Assembly: GCF_006345805.1 (NCBI RefSeq)
Contig: NC_042999.1
Span: 111,848,001 to 111,912,000 of the forward strand
Length of the DNA: 64,000 nt
Reading direction: 5' to 3'
Source of the DNA: Octopus sinensis
Lineage: Eukaryota
In this document: positions 1-12,660 of the stretch, in pieces
How positions within the stretch are numbered: the first letter of the stretch is position 1
Layout: each line of letters starts with the position of its first letter
The notes under the pieces: model-generated
The model's input: the letters and a program-made list of their open reading frames with translations, nothing else
Databases searched by the model: none
Told to the model about the DNA's origin: nothing
Made by a program: the position numbers and the translations under genes

Positions 1-414
1 TGTGTGTGAGTGTGTGTGGGTGCGTGTGGGTGTGTGTGTGTGTGTGTTGTCTGAGCCAGGCAACATAGTGAAATTCTTTGCTATGCTATTTTATGGTGTA
101 CATTTAACACAATATAAGTGATACGTAAAGATTTTAATGAATTTTTTCTCAGATTCATTTCTCATATTTATTGAAGTAAAAATAAACTATATAGGAGTGA
201 GCAAGCGTATGTATATATGTAAATATATATGCATAGACATATATATATATATATATATACAAAACCACACACATAGATACATAAATATGTGTATGAGTTT
301 TTTCATCATTAAAAAATATATATCATCGATGATGGGGAAAAATGACTGTCCATAGAATGAAAATATAGATGTGTAAATTTTATATAGAAACAAGGGTTTT
401 ATATAAAAACAAAT

Positions 415-582
415 TGTATTCGTCAAGATAGACAATATTTCAGGAAACAAAAAAAATGTAGCTAATATAACTTCTGAACACAAACACATTTGCACACAAA
501 AACACACACACACAATCGTACAGAAGCTACTTACATTTATGTGTGTAGACAGATTAAAAGATATTACATTCATTTATAAGCT
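415..582 (+). repeat. ~165-bp dispersed repeat, inverted copy of 4961-5127
   Basis: tgtattcgtcaagatagacaatatttcaggaaac...catttataagct is the reverse complement of 4961-5127, with scattered substitutions; ORFs 187..573(-) and 5032..5214(+) share FLFPEILSILTNT. Confidence 0.9.
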
Positions 583-905
583 GTATCACATAGTGTAAGC
601 ATTTACACAATCCCAAATAAGCATCTTATATACACAACTCTACGCAATCCTCTTTATCAGCAGATATAAGAGGTCTATATATATATATAAAACTTGATTT
701 CGAAACGTACGTCCGTAGATAACTTAAAATTGTATGATAGATTGCCGTCAATTCATTCTCTCTTACCTGTTTGTGTCTGCCTTCCAATTGCTGTTTTTAC
801 TGAGATCTCCCTTTTTAGTAGAAGAAATAGCTATAACTCTTTGACTGCTATTTCTAAATTCGGTATGTGGTAAGGCAATTCGTTGCTAAACCCTTTATTG
901 CTTAG

Positions 906-965
<60 letters not shown>

Positions 966-1089
966 GTGTGTATGCATTTATGCATGATATACATATATAT
1001 ACGTTATATACATATACATACACTTTATAATATATGCTGATTCATAGAAAAAATGACATTTATATGCTGAGTGTCGATATCTGGGAATA

Positions 1090-1146
<57 letters not shown>

Positions 1147-1189
1147 ATCCAGTCGCCATGATTGATCGCTAAATTCACATGTTTGTTTT

Positions 1190-1345
1190 TTTATTCTCTG
1201 TCTGTTTATTTCCTCGTATTCCTTTCTGTTGACGAGCGTAGGCTCGAAACGCAAAAGACTTTCTCACTCTTTCGAGCGTCAAAATAATACACCTCATTCC
1301 TGTTTATACACCTGCCTTCGTATTTTGTTTTTCTGTAAATTTCAA
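1190..1345 (+). mobile_element. Short Penelope-type terminal-repeat (pLTR-like) fragment with hammerhead-like motif; second copy at ~1500-1650
   Basis: Two diverged copies share ttccttt..gttga.gagcgtag.ctcgaaacg.aaaagacttt...aatacacct; the architecture matches minimal hammerheads of Penelope-like elements. Confidence 0.5.
1222..1257 (+). ncRNA. Variant or decayed minimal type I hammerhead ribozyme
   Basis: CTTT-CTGTTGA-C-GAGC-GTAG-GCTC-GAAAC-GCA-AAAG: stems I and II pair, but the core has A6>U and U16.1>C. Confidence 0.35.
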
Positions 1346-1657
1346 CTACGTACACACACACATACACACACTCACATATATGTATGTATGTATGTATATA
1401 TACACATGTATATATATATATATATGTATATACAGTTAATATGTGTGAGTATGTGTGTATGTATATAGTTGAAATGATTGACGGCTAGCCACTAAAGCTT
1501 TTTTTATTCTTTGTTTATTTTCTCGTGTTCCTTTGGGTTGAAGAGCGTAGCCTCGAAACGTAAAAGACTTTCCCACCTTCCCGAACGTTAAACTAATACA
1601 CCTGTTTGTTGTTTACACATATGTCTTCATTTTTTTTCTTTTTGTAAATTCCAACTG

Positions 1658-1688
<31 letters not shown>

Positions 1689-1789
1689 ATATATTATATA
1701 TACATATATATATATATAATATATTATATATATATATATATATACACATATATATATATATATATACATACATACCATACATACATACA

Positions 1790-1825
<36 letters not shown>

Positions 1826-1856
1826 TATATGCGTGTGTGTGTGTGTATATATGTGC

Positions 1857-2055
1857 GGAGGTGCAATGGCCCAGTGGTTAGGGCAGCGAACACGCGGTCG
1901 GAGGATCGCGGTTTCGATTCCCAGACCGGGCGTTGTGTGTGTTTATGGAGCGAAAACACCTAAAGCTCCACAAGGCTCCGGCAGGGGGTGGCGGCGATCC
2001 CTGCTGTGCTCTTTCGCCACAACTTTCTCTCACCCTTTCTTCTGTTGGCCTGCTC
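1857..2055 (+). mobile_element. tRNA-derived SINE (probably tRNA-Arg-related, OR-like)
   Basis: A box TGGCCCAGTGG and B box GGTTTCGATTCCC, followed by a non-tRNA body; no intact cloverleaf or acceptor stem. Confidence 0.8.
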
Positions 2056-2107
2056 GCTTAGCTAGCGTGGTCGGTCACGGTGATCACGTTGATATATATA
2101 TATATAT

Positions 2108-2405
2108 ATGGAATTTCCTGTCGAAGGCAATGTACGACTGTGCAGCTTTTGCTGGACGACCTTCACAAGTGATTTGTTGGTAGTGATCAAATATATGTTC
2201 TGTGCGTTAGCTCGCTCGCTTCCTCATCCATCAGATCAAAATTGTCCGTACTGGTGCTTAAGTGTGCCACACGTCATACGTTGAAATGATCGCATGGGCA
2301 ACGTAAAATAAAGTGTTTTGCTCAAGAGCACAGCACGCCACCTGATCTGGGAATCGAAGCCACAATCAGTCGTTCGTGAGTGCAGCACCCTAACCACTAT
2401 TACGC
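2108..2405 (-). mobile_element. tRNA-derived SINE with CORE-like central region
   Basis: Reverse complement reads tagtggttagggtg...ggcttcgattccc...ctcttgagcaaaacacttt; same head family as 46896. Confidence 0.7.
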
Positions 2406-2454
2406 ACTCTGTCCTTCAGCTGAACGATTCTCTTTGTATAATTAGCGTCAGAGT

Positions 2455-2672
2455 ATTCCACAGACTGGTGAAACATTAACATACATTTTAAATAGAATTA
2501 GAAGACGTAGTTTGACAATGCTACCCCTTTGTGTTACAGGTACAATCCATCTGACTAGCTTCCATACAGTTTTCGGTAACTGATTTTTACTGTCTTGATT
2601 CGCTCTAAGACCTACGATAGAACCTGTGACCTTATGACTGCAGTGTAGACTCCTCAACCACTCGAGCATGAG
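2455..2672 (-). mobile_element. Degenerate tRNA-derived SINE
   Basis: Reverse complement has tgctcgagtggttgagg (A-box-like) and ggttctatc (B-box-like). Confidence 0.4.
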
Positions 2673-2764
2673 TGCACACACACACTCACATACACACACG
2701 TGTACACACACGTGTACACATACATACATACATACATACATACATACATACATACATACATACA

Positions 2765-2795
<31 letters not shown>

Positions 2796-3157
2796 GGAGT
2801 ACTGGGATATGTAGCACACTGCCGAAATACCAATCTTGAGAAATTAGGCTTCTCAAAACTAGAAAGGAGAAGCTGGTTCGAGGACATCAGATCTAAACCA
2901 TCACTGGAACTGTAAAAATCTGTAAAACTTTCCAGAAGTTTATCATTTAAGTATATATGGGCATGTCTAGGTGTGCAAGTATATGCATGAGAAGACATGC
3001 ATAAAACAAAACAAGCAAATTTGCATATATACATACTTACATACATACTTACATACCCTGTTATTAATGTTGAATTCCAATGAAAGAGCCTTAGATCTAG
3101 GTTAGGAACTGGCTCTTTCACAATTGGAAAGAAATCTTGAAATAAAACTCAATAATG

Positions 3158-3262
3158 AAGAGTGGCTGTATGGTAAGTAGCTTGCTTACCAATTACATGG
3201 TTCCGGGGGTTCAGTCACATGCATGGCACCTTGGGCAAGTAAACGGAATCTGAAAAACCCGT

Positions 3263-3307
<45 letters not shown>

Positions 3308-3590
3308 ATATATAATATACATATACACATATATACATATATATATATATATACACATATATGTGTGTGTGTATGTGTGGTGTGTGTCTGTCTGTCTGTC
3401 TGTCCCCAGACATCGCTTGACAACCGATGCTGGTGTGTTTATGTCCCCGTAACTTAGCGGTTCGGAATAAGAGACTGATAGGTTAAGTACTAGGCTTACA
3501 AAGAAGAAGTCCTGGCGTCCATTTGCTCGGCTAAAGGCAGTGCTCCAGCATGTCAACAGTCAAATGACTGAAACAAGAAAAAGAATAAAA
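3158..3590 (+). mobile_element. OK-type tRNA-derived SINE with internal (TA)n/(TG)n and an internal deletion
   Basis: Head gagtggctgtatggtaagtagcttgcttacc; tail ggcagtgctccagcatgtcaacagtcaaatgactgaaacaag followed by an A-rich end. Confidence 0.85.
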
Positions 3591-3649
3591 GAGTAAACAT
3601 ATGTATACATATATGGGGATTTTTTCATGTTTAGTTATAATGAAATCAA

Positions 3650-4545
3650 TTTTACGTTAATTTGAGGGTTTACTCTATACCTTTTATTCCTTAATAAGAA
3701 TATCGTTGATAGTGACTTCGAAGTTTCGCTATCATAGGACTGCAATGCATTAGAGTTAATGTAGTCTCTGATCTGCTGACGGTTTCCTTCAGAGTGTGGG
3801 TTTGAGTGGGGTGGTTTGTTAGGTTTTATGGTGGGTTGTTATGAGAGGTACTTTGGAGAAATTTTTATTGATTAAACTTGGGGTTATGTTATTGTTTAGA
3901 ATTTATTCATGTATATAGGATTTTATAAGGATGTGTGGGTGTGTGGGTGTTTAGTTGTGTCTGTTTGTTAGGTAGGTACAAGATGTGTTAGTAGTTTAGT
4001 TATAATTGGTTTTATTTGATTTATTCTTTGCTTTGACAATGCAAATGTTAAAGGTACAAAGTCCAATATTTAAAACCTTAATGGCCACTTTTAAGGGTTC
4101 ACAAAAGATTGTAAGTAGGTGATGTGTCTTAGCTGGTCATTGTTATTACTTGTCATTGTTGTTATTTAGTCTATTCCCTATTTTTATTTGGCCGGTGGTG
4201 ATTATTAATCATGCATGCCATGGTATTGTTTGTATAAAATATTGTTACACTTCTGCTTTGATGTTCAAAAAAGGATTTAGTTAAGTGTAGAGGTTGTCAG
4301 CTTATATGATTCTCTTTAGCTGTTAATTCTTCTATAAACAATTTAATTACTATATAGACATTTCAAACCTTGTGTTTAATGAAGGCTAAGTTTGTAGGAT
4401 GTGTGTTCGTAATATTTCTTCAATTCTTTTTCATATGTGGGTATTTTATAATGTTATGTTATGTCTGTATAGTTCTTTGTAAGATTTTGTGCTTACAAGA
4501 AGATGCTAGTTCAGAGTTTCGGTACAGAATTTTGTCCAGCTATCT
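3650..4545 (-). mobile_element. Penelope-like element 3' remnant
   Basis: Minus-strand translation near 4487-4540 (LDKILYRNSELASSCKHK) resembles the C-terminal LNxRSELxSxCRH motif of PLE GIY-YIG ORFs; decayed hammerhead-like motif at ~3714-3757. Confidence 0.4.
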
Positions 4546-4662
4546 ACATGCGCACATATAAGAGTCTATGTTTGTATGCATATATACACACACAGATATA
4601 TACATACATATATGCATACACACATATATATAAATATACATACATATATTTATACATATATC

Positions 4663-4866
4663 TTTTCTACTCTAGACACAAGGCCCGAAATTTTGGGGAT
4701 TGGGGCAGTCGATTAGGTTGACCCCAGTACGCAACTGGTACTTAATTTATCGACCCCGAAAGGATGAAAGCCGAAGTCGACCTCGGCGGCATTTGAACTC
4801 AGAACGTAAAGACAGACGAAATACCGCTAAGCATTTCGCTCGGCATGCTAACGACTCTGCAAGCTC
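4663..4866 (-). mobile_element. tRNA-derived SINE with V/Meta-like central domain (family B of this window)
   Basis: Reverse complement has gcagagtcgttagcatgcc head, B box gagttcaaat and ctttcatcctttcggggtcgataaattaagtaccag core. Confidence 0.85.
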
Positions 4867-4928
4867 ATAAATATGTATACAGTATGTAGTATGTATATAC
4901 TAGTGTGTGCATGTGAATATATATTTAT

Positions 4929-4960
<32 letters not shown>

Positions 4961-4961
<1 letters not shown>

Positions 4962-5127
4962 GCTTATAAATGAATGAAATATCTTTTAATCTGTCTACAC
5001 ACATAAATGTAAGTAGCTTCTGTACGATTGTGTGTGTGTGTGTTTGTGTGCAAATGTGTTTGTGTTCAGATGTTATATCAGCAACATCTTTTTGTTTCCT
5101 GAAATATTGTCTATCTTGACGAATACA
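4961..5127 (-). repeat. Inverted copy of 415-582, abutting the 3' side of a Penelope-like remnant
   Basis: Direct reverse-complement match to 415-582. Confidence 0.9.
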
Positions 5128-6150
5128 CTAGACAAGTTATTACACTTGGAAAAGTTCAGGACAATTTTATTATATCTGGTAAAGTGCAGAACAGGGTTAA
5201 GATTACAAGTGTGAAAATATAAGCCAGCAGTGTTTTACATTCTTAATGGGTGAACGAATTGCTACCACTGGAGAATGCAAGACAACGGGAGTGTGCATAC
5301 CTAAACAGGAAGTAGAAGGAGAGAGGATGAAGGAAATAGTCGTAAAAGTAGGAAAAGAAGCTGGCGAATATGAGGTGGAAAAAAATAAGGTGAGAGGTGG
5401 GTTGAAGGAAAACAATGGTGTTACTGATCAAAGACGGTTGCAAGCACTGCAAGGAAAAGCATCAATGCAGACTTGTCTGTGTCGTAAGAACGCGTTTGAA
5501 CAGGAAACGTTGTTTCTTCAGTTACCTTGTATATGTGGAACCATGATGTGCAGATATGCCGCACACTGATAAATAGATAATGGAATGGCTTTTAATGTTG
5601 AAGTAGATGGCAACAAGTTAACTTGACATAAGCTGCTGGTAAAAAAAAAACCTGCCTGTTTCTCTATTTTTAAATGCAGCGAAAAGTTTGTAGATAATGC
5701 AATATATGAAGTTTGAAGATGTGCATCAGAAGTTTGGGCTGATATGACATTGAGATTTAGGGTCGGCGATAGTTATATTGTTGATTATGTAGGGATAAGT
5801 GTTTCTTCGTCGGCGAGTGCATTAGAATTGCCTAAATGTTCGAAACTGGGTAATATAGTTTCTAATTAGATGGTCTACGTTCTCTTGTTTCTTGAAAGCG
5901 AGAAGACGTGATGCGAGAAAGATTGGAATGGTTGCGGAATCACAGAGTAAGATTTGGAAACTGCAGACGAGAGTGCGTTTGAACGGGATGCTGGACGGGT
6001 GAAAGGTGAAGGAGGGTGGAATCTAGCCTATAAGTATACATTGGGAGAGTAGGAGAGTTAGAAGAGCAGTGACTTGTCGATGATTAGGGCACGGAGAAAA
6101 GCTGGGTCTACAATCATTCGAGAGTACCCTGGATTCAGAAAGAGCTGTTG
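5128..6150 (-). mobile_element. Penelope-like element remnant with decayed GIY-YIG endonuclease
   Basis: Minus-strand translation gives FKKQENVDHLIRN...CTRRRRNTYPYI...F*CTSSNFIYCII...NRETGR (5651-5910), matching the PLE pattern FTCxSxNVIYxIxC...YIGETGR; stops and frameshifts present. Confidence 0.75.
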
Positions 6151-6248
6151 CATTCTCGCCCAATACATTTCTTACCACACAGCCACGCCTGCACCTAGAT
6201 AGATAGATAAACAGACAGACAGACAGACAGACAGATAGACAGACAGAC

Positions 6249-6353
<105 letters not shown>

Positions 6354-6364
6354 TTCGTAGACGA

Positions 6365-6615
6365 AGAATGGCCGGTTGCTAAGGAAGTTCGCTTCTCAAC
6401 AACGAAGTCCTGCATTCCATTCTACTGCATGACATCTCAGACAGATATCATATTATGTTGCCTTGGATCTACCTATAATCTGTGAGTGAAAATTTGCAGA
6501 CCAAATTGTATAGAATCTCGTTGGGTGGAGTGCACTTGTGATCTGAATAGTACAACCTTTTCACGCAGTGTCACGTTGAATCTATCTGAGAATTACGTTG
6601 AAGGTATACATGACT
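6365..6615 (+). mobile_element. Degenerate OK-related SINE with an alternative tail
   Basis: Head resembles the OK family; tail cagtgtcacgttgaatctatctgagaattacgttgaaggtatac resembles 32394-32460. Confidence 0.5.
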
Positions 6616-7043
6616 AAGGAATCCTCAACCACTTATACTGTAAGCTATTGCAGATAATTTAGTTAATTTAACAAGTATATCTTCACTGCCAAGAGATGGA
6701 GATCCACCCAAAAAAGTTGTGTGTGCGTGTGTGCGTGTGTGTGTTTGCGTGCGTGTGTGTGTACTTAGTATGTATGTATGTATGCATGTATGTATGTATG
6801 TATATATGTGTATGTGTATATTATGCGTTCCTTCATACTTTGTCACCTAATGACATTGAAATAGATGAAACACGTATGCATAAGAGGCCGTATATCCTGA
6901 TCTCCTGGACATTCGCTGATAGCATCATGCTGCTTGGCGTCGATGGCGGAAGTGATACTAAGTGAAGTTGCTGAAATCACAGTGATATCCAACCGTCTAA
7001 CGAGGATGTGTATTTCCTACAGCTATGATTTATGTATGTGTGT

Positions 7044-7091
<48 letters not shown>

Positions 7092-7559
7092 TGTGTTTGT
7101 ATGTGTGTGCGGGCGTGCGCTTATATGAGTTTATATATATATAAATATATGTATGTATACACACACACACACACACACACACACAAATACACAGACACAT
7201 ACCCCCGCATGCATATTATACAATGGAAATGCTTGTGGTTTATGAGAAGTTTGATGTGCAGATGTTGTTTGTTGAAATCAATATTGTCGGACCGTCGATA
7301 ACACACGCACTGATAGGACTTTAATTCAGTTTAAGATATTTTATTAATAAATTATAAATTTTTCGTCACAGTTCTGTAACTTTATCAATGTTTCAAATTC
7401 TCATAGTAATCTTTCGGTGCGAGATATATTATCTAATATTATTTGTGTGTAGTGAAACATGTGAACGTGTAACTGTGTTACTGTTTTCTTTTTGCTTGTC
7501 CTTTTGCGGTGGTAGCGGCGGCAGCGAAGGCGGTGAGGTTGTTCGATAATGGTTCTTAC

Positions 7560-8140
7560 TGTGTTGATCCTCCGCTCAGTTTTTTTTTCCTGTTGTGGAT
7601 GTATGAACGTCGTTTCAGAATCTGTTACCAGTATGCTTACTGCTTTCGTAGCTTGTCACAATGTTAGATCTTTTGGGCGCGTAGAAAGTATTCTTACTTT
7701 AATTTAGTTTTTTTAGTCCATTGCCTGTTAGTAGAATATAGATATCTTTTCCAATTCATTGCATTCATGAGAGTATTTTACAATCCATTCACCTATACAA
7801 CGAACCATTTCTCCTACATAGATTGTGATCGTGTCCCACGAGAGCCCTTTCATGCATTTCATGTGTTGCACTACTTTTTAGTTTTGCATTTTATCTGTGA
7901 GTCGATTTCATTCATTTTGTGGTTGTTGTCAGTAGAGAATTTTTTCCTAAAGGGATATCACATAGCTGTGACTTGATGACTCTGCCTGTTTTTTTGCCCC
8001 TACTTGATTTTAAGTTTCACCTTGTATAGCCTTTTCTTAAATCTTTGGACAAGCAGTTAACATGGCGCATTAGAATTGGCTGTTGTCATACCATGAGCCT
8101 GTTATGCGTAGTTTCTTTCTGTTCTTTTCTAATCTGTAAC
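7560..8140 (-). mobile_element. Penelope-like GIY-YIG remnant
   Basis: Minus-strand translation with one frameshift gives KCKTKKVVQHMKC...TIYVGEMVRCIGEW (~7780-7870), similar to CxTxNVVYxIxC...YVGETGRxLxER. Confidence 0.5.
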
Positions 8141-8206
8141 AGAGTTTGCCCCAGTATATGAAACACTCTATGTATTATTTTGATGATGATTTTGAAATTT
8201 TTCTTG

Positions 8207-8689
8207 CCTGGAGGAGGTAGTGCTGCCCTGGGTCAACAGGAAGACACTATGTCTGGGAGCAGGACTCTGCACCATGCAACGCAAGCAGGAGAACCCAGTC
8301 ATAGTTGTCAGAAAATTACTGCGACCACATCACCCCTAACATCTGGCCACCTAACTCCTCAGACTGCAACCCCCTTGATTGCCATGTGTGGGGCGCAGTT
8401 GAATGAGAGACCAAACAAAACTTCTTGTAACACCAAAGATAAACTGAAAGCAAGGATTATGGCAGCATTCACCAACTTAAGCAAGGAAGCTGTCCCGAAG
8501 ACTTGCAGGAGATTCCGAAGACGTCTGGAGGCCGTAGTTGAAGCCAATGGCAATTTTATTCAATAAATTTACTCTTTAGTATTTCAAGATATTTTCATGT
8601 AATTTTAGTAAATATATCTGTTAAAATGAGATGTTAGAGTTATTTTCATTTTTGCGTAATTTAGACGACAATATATTCACCGCACCCTG
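8207..8689 (+). mobile_element. 5'-truncated maT (DD37D) Tc1/mariner transposon
   Basis: YVWEQDSAPCNASRRTQS*...WPPNSSDCNPLD has 37 residues between the 2nd and 3rd Asp; C-terminus RLEAVVEANGNFIQ; right TIR attcaccgcaccctg; homologous to 45857-46752. Confidence 0.85.
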
Positions 8690-10974
8690 TTTATATTTGT
8701 CTGTATACAGAGCTTTGTAATGGGATGCGATGGTGTGATGTCATGAGCAGACTATTTGGTTCATCATCTTATTTTCTACTGAAAATGATGACTCTTGTCA
8801 TCATTACACCCTAAATCACTTCCATATTAATCTTCCAAGTGTTAGACATTTTGCTTTCTCTTTACAGCAAACCAATCTCTCTTAATAATTCTTCAAATAA
8901 TCATGCAACACGACGTTGCATCAATAACCAAATTTGTTATGCCAATGAGAGAAAGTTCTGTGGCTGCTAGTTCTGCTAGAAATCAGCAACTAAAGGATAT
9001 TAAGAACAAATGATTTCTTTTAAAATCTAGTCCAAATTACGCAATACCTGAAGGTGGAGCTTCGATCAGTTAAGGTTGATTATGCATTTGTATACGATTC
9101 TGCGCGCATGGGCAAGATTGTTTGAAGAAGACTGGCCGTTACCCATGCAAATAAATCTTTCTTTTGTACAATACTGATGTTTCTCCAAGGGACAGGTCAC
9201 CGAGCGGCAACGAGACGGCTTGATACCAATACCGTTGCAGGCGTTGTTGTCAGAACACAGAATCCTGAACCATTTTAACCGATAATGTAACTATTCCACC
9301 GGCCCGGATTAGTATTTTTTAAATTAACATTATGTGTGAAAACCAGCATTTACTCCATCGAGATTTGAACTCAGACGATATAAAGATGGAGCAAGTAACG
9401 CCAGATTTATATATATATCGAACGCTATACTGATACGTTACTAATTCGTTGCCTTAGAAATTAGAGTAATCGTCTAAAACAAATAGCAATCATTTTAACA
9501 ATAACTATTCTTAGACAATTATTCAAATAGTTTCTTTAAAGGTAGATATACAGCATCTTCTGATTCTTTATCATTGAAATGTAACAGGCCACAATAACAC
9601 AGCTGTACTGAAACTAGAACAGCTACAGTTAATACAGTCGTTTAATTTTGGGCCGACTAAATTTCAGCATATCAGAGTTACATGACCTAAGGTCAGCCTT
9701 CAAAATGTTTAAGTTCGCTACATGTCATGTTTTACAAGGTTTACTCAAACAAGGCTGACGTGATTAACAACACTGACAAGTAATTAACTGTAGTAATCTG
9801 CAATGAAACTAACTGCAGCTAAAAATAATGCAGCAGCTGTAAACATCAGCCAATAAAATATCAAAAATAAATCTCAACACACACAAAAATCAAAAGCAAT
9901 AAATTTAATAGCAACAGTGATTGTAAACCCATATATCATCAATGGCTGTAAACCCACACAAACTACAACAATTTTAACAATGACAACACCTTTAGGTTAT
10001 TTTAGTTGCGAAAAACGACAACAGTTAAAATAGTGTATATATATATATATATATTAGTTATTTGCGAATTTTATAATAGCAAGAATGCGATAACGTTTCT
10101 AATAGCACAAGCAACAGTAGCAACAACAAATGAAAGAAAACTGGGCCATTGCGACCACTACAATAAATAGGAAAAATAGCAAAAATAACAACAGCTATAA
10201 TAGCAAAAACAACAAAATCAATAAATATAACAACGTTAACAACATTAAATCTCCGTCAAAAACAACAACACATGTTTTATTTCTTAATCACATTTAAATG
10301 GGTTTTTAATACATTCACTTTTTTTCTTGTCATAGAATGTTTGTGAAGATTGTTCGTATGTGGGAGGGTACGATGACTTTTAAATATTTTTATCAAATTT
10401 CTAAAATATTTTAAAATGCTTGAGATAGCATTTTTACGCCTCTAACTAGCTTAGATCGGTGTTTAATGGTTAAAATATTTTCCATTATTTGATTTTCTTT
10501 GTCTGAACTGATATCCTTATAGACACAGGAGCTATTTCTATCAACTTCAGGTATACGTAAGGCGACTATACCTTACCTAGTGAATAACAGTATGTTAGTC
10601 AAATATCCAAATCCTGCTACTGCTGTATTATAGTATTAGTACTGGCCCCCTTCCATGGATAAGATATTAAACTCTTGTCAGCATCAAAGGTATTGCATAA
10701 TTCAGGTAGAGCACGCATGAGATATGGATCACCATAGGTGGGCCGCACTACTGAAACGTACAAGGTTAATTTTCATTTAGTGTGTTATTTCGAAAGTCTC
10801 GAAGGCTGCAGTTTTCCCACGACTGCTATAATTGATAAATATTATGATACATCTGAAGAAAAGCGTTTCCCTTTTTTATTCAAACTAATATAAAGTCCCA
10901 AAAATCCAGTTGTTCACAGGACGCACTACCACATGTAAGTAATTCTATGTGATCATTGCGTTTCCTTGTTACTT

Positions 10975-11172
10975 TCGACGGAACTTAAACTCACAACGTA
11001 AAGACAGACGAAATGCCGCTAAGCATTTTACCCGGCGTGCTAGCGATTCTGCCAGCTGGCTGCCTATATATAATAATAATAATAATAAATAATAATAATA
11101 ATAATAATAATAATGATGATGATGATGATTATGATGATGATGATGATGATGATGATGATAATAATAATAATA

Positions 11173-11210
<38 letters not shown>

Positions 11211-12080
11211 GCTGTTTCTCATTTTGAGATGCTGGTACTAACTGTCCTACTATCTCTTATTTCTCATCGTGACATTATATCTTCCGTATGTGCTTGTTTT
11301 CTTAATATTCGTCTCCTTAGGCTATCGTTATCGTGCCTATTGCGGTTTCCTTCAGATTCCCTCTCATTAACCAGTTCTACGTCCCACTTCTTCCATAAGT
11401 GGTGTTTCTGAAGAAAATTCCATACATTTTTCCATATTAAGGTGGCGAGCTGACGGAATCATTAGCATGCCGGACAAAATGTTTTAGCGGCATTTCTTCT
11501 AGCTTGAAGTTCTGAGCTCAGTTTCCACCGAGGTGGGTTTTCGGGGGTCGATATAATAAGAACCCGTTTCGAGCTCTAGGGTTGATGTAATCGACTAACT
11601 CCACGACACACACACACACACACAAATTCAGGCCTTGAGCCTTTAGTAGAAAGAATTATTATCATTGAGACGGCGACGACATTTTGTCTGTCTTTACGTT
11701 CTGAGTTCAATTTCTGAAGAGGTCGGTCTTGCCCTTCATCATTTTGGGAGTCGATAAAATAAGAATAGAATCATTTGGAATGGGTCGATGTGATCGACTT
11801 ACCCTTCCTCCAAAATTGCTGGCATTGTGCCAAAATTCGAAACCATTATTAAGGCAGTGGCAAAATCATTAGCATGCCGAACAAAATGCTTAACGGTATT
11901 TCTTCAATTTTACGTTCTGAGTTCAAATTCCGCCTGGGTCGAATTTGCTTTTTATCCTATCAGTACTTTTTTTATCCATTCGTCGATGAATGACGTCCCC
12001 GTTGAACACTGGGGTCGATCTAACTGACTATTCCCCTCCACTAAAATTTCAGGTTTTGTGCCTATTGTAGAAAGTTTTAT
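10975..12080. mobile_element. Cluster of family-B SINEs: one minus-strand head at 10975-11062 and three plus-strand copies at ~11439, ~11690 and ~11850
   Basis: Repeated ggtggcgagctgacggaatcattagcatgcc / ctgagttcaaatt / ggggtcgat motifs. Confidence 0.8.
11068..11210. repeat. Compound (AAT)n-(GAT)n-(AAT)n microsatellite
   Basis: Directly visible. Confidence 0.95.
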
Positions 12081-12299
12081 TATGAATAACTTTCACATAA
12101 CTGGAAACTCGAAGAGGGTGAGAATATTCTTTACTGTAACCATATTGGTGTCATATGTTCTTCATAGAAATATTTCTTTTTATCAGTTTCCTGCAGTACC
12201 AGTAATAACCTCAAGGGATTACCATCAAGGGATTATCATTACTGCCTGTTCATTAATGACGTGATTAAAGAATGTTGTTAAAATTAAATATATTGATAA

Positions 12300-12660
12300 A
12301 CATCACCATTATGACAGTGGTGGTGGTGGTGGTTTTGGTGGTGGTTTTAGTGGTAGTAGCGGTAGGGAGTCGGTAGCGGCGGTGGAAGGTGTTGAAGAAG
12401 GTGATGGTGGTGGTGGTGGTGGTGGTGGTGATGGTGGTTTTGGTGGTATTTGTGATGACAATAATGACGACGATAATCATCATCATCATCATCATGGGAA
12501 TGATGTTAATGGTATCGACAGCAATGGCGATGAGTTTGAGGATGCTGATGGAGACGACGACGACGATGATGATGATAATGATGATGAGATGATGATGATG
12601 ACGACGACGACGATGATGATGCTGACGACGACGATGATGATGATGCCGATGACGAAGATT
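12300..12660. repeat. Compound trinucleotide microsatellite (GGT/CAT/GAC/GAT)
   Basis: Directly visible; explains the poly-G/H/D/M pseudo-ORFs. Confidence 0.9.

Noticed and set aside
1857-1935. Possible tRNA gene
   Set aside because: A and B boxes are present, but there is no acceptor-stem pairing and the sequence continues into a SINE body; the same holds for the other heads.
9682-9694. TGACCT-A-AGGTCA nuclear-receptor-like palindrome
   Set aside because: A single 13-bp motif with no promoter context or conservation evidence.
10578-10625. Possible small minus-strand exon (AVAGFGYLTNILLFT) with AG/GTAAGG boundaries
   Set aside because: No recognisable homology and no partner exons; splice-like motifs occur often by chance.
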